A stretch of 64,000 nt of DNA from Amoebidium appalachense (lineage: Eukaryota > Protista > Ichthyosporea), in NCBI GenBank assembly GCA_963693365.1, contig CAVNZM010000017.1:6004708-6068707 (forward strand), read 5' to 3'. Of the stretch, positions 62,736-64,000 are shown piece after piece. The first letter of the stretch is position 1. Each line of letters starts with the position of its first letter. The position numbers and the translations under genes are program-made. Below the pieces are notes generated by a model, which was given only the letters and a program-made list of their open reading frames with translations, ran no database searches and was not told the DNA's origin.

Positions 62736-63155
62736 TCCCTCCTTTTCCCTTTGAAAAAGAAAAAAGGTTTGCATTAATGCCCAGTCAGCCTGACGTAAAC
62801 AGTGAGCCTTTTTTTGAATGTTGGCAGGCGGTTGGTGTCCCCCTCAATGCCCCGGGGGGTTTCATGTGCATTTCGATTGGTGTACACGTGCACACAGTAT
62901 GTAGCGGGATACAAGCTGGGGTGTTGGGCCCAACCTCAAATTAGCGTCATAATGACGTCATATTCACCGTGAACTTACACTGCGAAATTCCGGCACTTGC
63001 GTTGGTAATATCTAGTCATTCGTGCCACGGACCTTCATTGAACGTTTACCTGCTGCCGGAGGTTCTTTTGAGCCGGTGTGTTTGTTTGTGGACTCGTGCT
63101 GTCTGAAACTACATCTGGTGACTCGTCCCATCTTCTTACATTCTGGCCATGCATG

Positions 63156-63203
<48 letters not shown>

Positions 63204-63311
63204 GACCATCCTTGAGCGCTCCCTTGAGTCCGAGTGCCCCATCTGTCTGGAGGAATTTGAGCGGGGCCAGGCTTTGGCCCGCCTGCCCTGCATGTGCACA
63301 TACCATAAATG
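61345..63311 (+). CDS. ZNRF1: ZNRF1/ZNRF2-like E3 ubiquitin ligase (partial; last exon beyond the right edge)
   Basis: GT-AG exons with compatible phases: 61345-61456 (MGVASS..., MGxxxS myristoylation motif); 62299-62391 (WCQLCRQRVPEADLERHMVACLFPKGYN, C2HC UBZ-type finger); 63203-63311 (ECPICLEEFERGQALARLPCMCTYHK, RING-H2). Architecture and the ARLPCxCxYHK motif match the ZNRF family; ZNRF1 versus ZNRF2 cannot be resolved. Confidence 0.87.
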
Positions 63312-63699
63312 GTAATACCCCCTAAAGAATACACTCCTCACAATATTTGTGGGCTATTGTGCAAAACAAAATAATAAAAAACACTACTATCTGCTTTCAT
63401 TCTCGGTTTTTCCACCAAAGGACACATTTTTTTTATTTTATTTTTTTTGACGCAACCATGCATACCTACCAGGAATGGCAAAGTCCCCACCAAATCACAT
63501 CCACCATAGACGGTAATTCTACCTGCATTTTGAATGGTAATACTTTACCAAATAAAAAATGAACTTTATGTGCAGCAACACAACCTTAGCGCACGCACCT
63601 ACAAGAATTTGGCAATATTCTCAGCACATAACACGCTGTAGGCTACTGAAATTGCTTGTTTTCCCCCCATCGAAAGAAACACCCCTAGTCTATATTGAG

Positions 63700-63730
<31 letters not shown>

Positions 63731-64000
63731 CGCCTGCCCGCAGCTGGCACACACACAAATTCTCGTACTATGGATGGATGTGTCTCACACCACCCACCAA
63801 ATGACCATCAAAGACCGGCTTTACCTTGTGGTTTTGATAGTTCAGAATAGTTCTTAATATGTGGGATACTTTATGTGTGGGCTTTATAAGCGGATGTAGT
63901 TTGTTTGGGTGTTTTTCTCTATTTTGGTTACTCAGAACACAGCCACTAACCCCAATGCTAATCGCACACGCACGCGCGGGGGCACACGCACACGCACACG

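Overview
Repeat-dense eukaryotic DNA with GT-AG introns, long (CA)n tracts and poly-C/poly-G runs. A ZNRF-type gene and cbEGF arrays suggest an opisthokont, possibly a unicellular holozoan; this is inference only. Two host genes bracket a ~49 kb nest of transposons. Left (minus strand, running off the window): a type II membrane protein with signal-anchor, one PAN/Apple domain and at least 18 calcium-binding EGF modules, one per phase-1 exon. Right (plus strand, running off the window): a ZNRF1/2-like E3 ligase (myristoylation motif, UBZ finger, RING-H2). Between them: an internally deleted hAT element; three copies of Ty1/copia family A (one essentially intact); two copies of copia family B; a short TRIM-like cassette with a third LTR type; four pieces of a LINE clade; a 183-bp satellite with a 3-unit higher-order repeat; and an AT-rich repeat rich in TATTG(C/G)CAATA. 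Top observations: (1) about a dozen 2-7 bp insertions, mostly inverted copies of adjacent bases, in older repeat copies but not the youngest, resembling hairpin-type excision footprints; (2) LINEs from two divergent families ending in GTAAACCCC instead of poly(A); (3) an LTR swap that fuses a foreign LTR in frame to copia-A gag. All comparisons were read by eye; no alignments or database searches were run.
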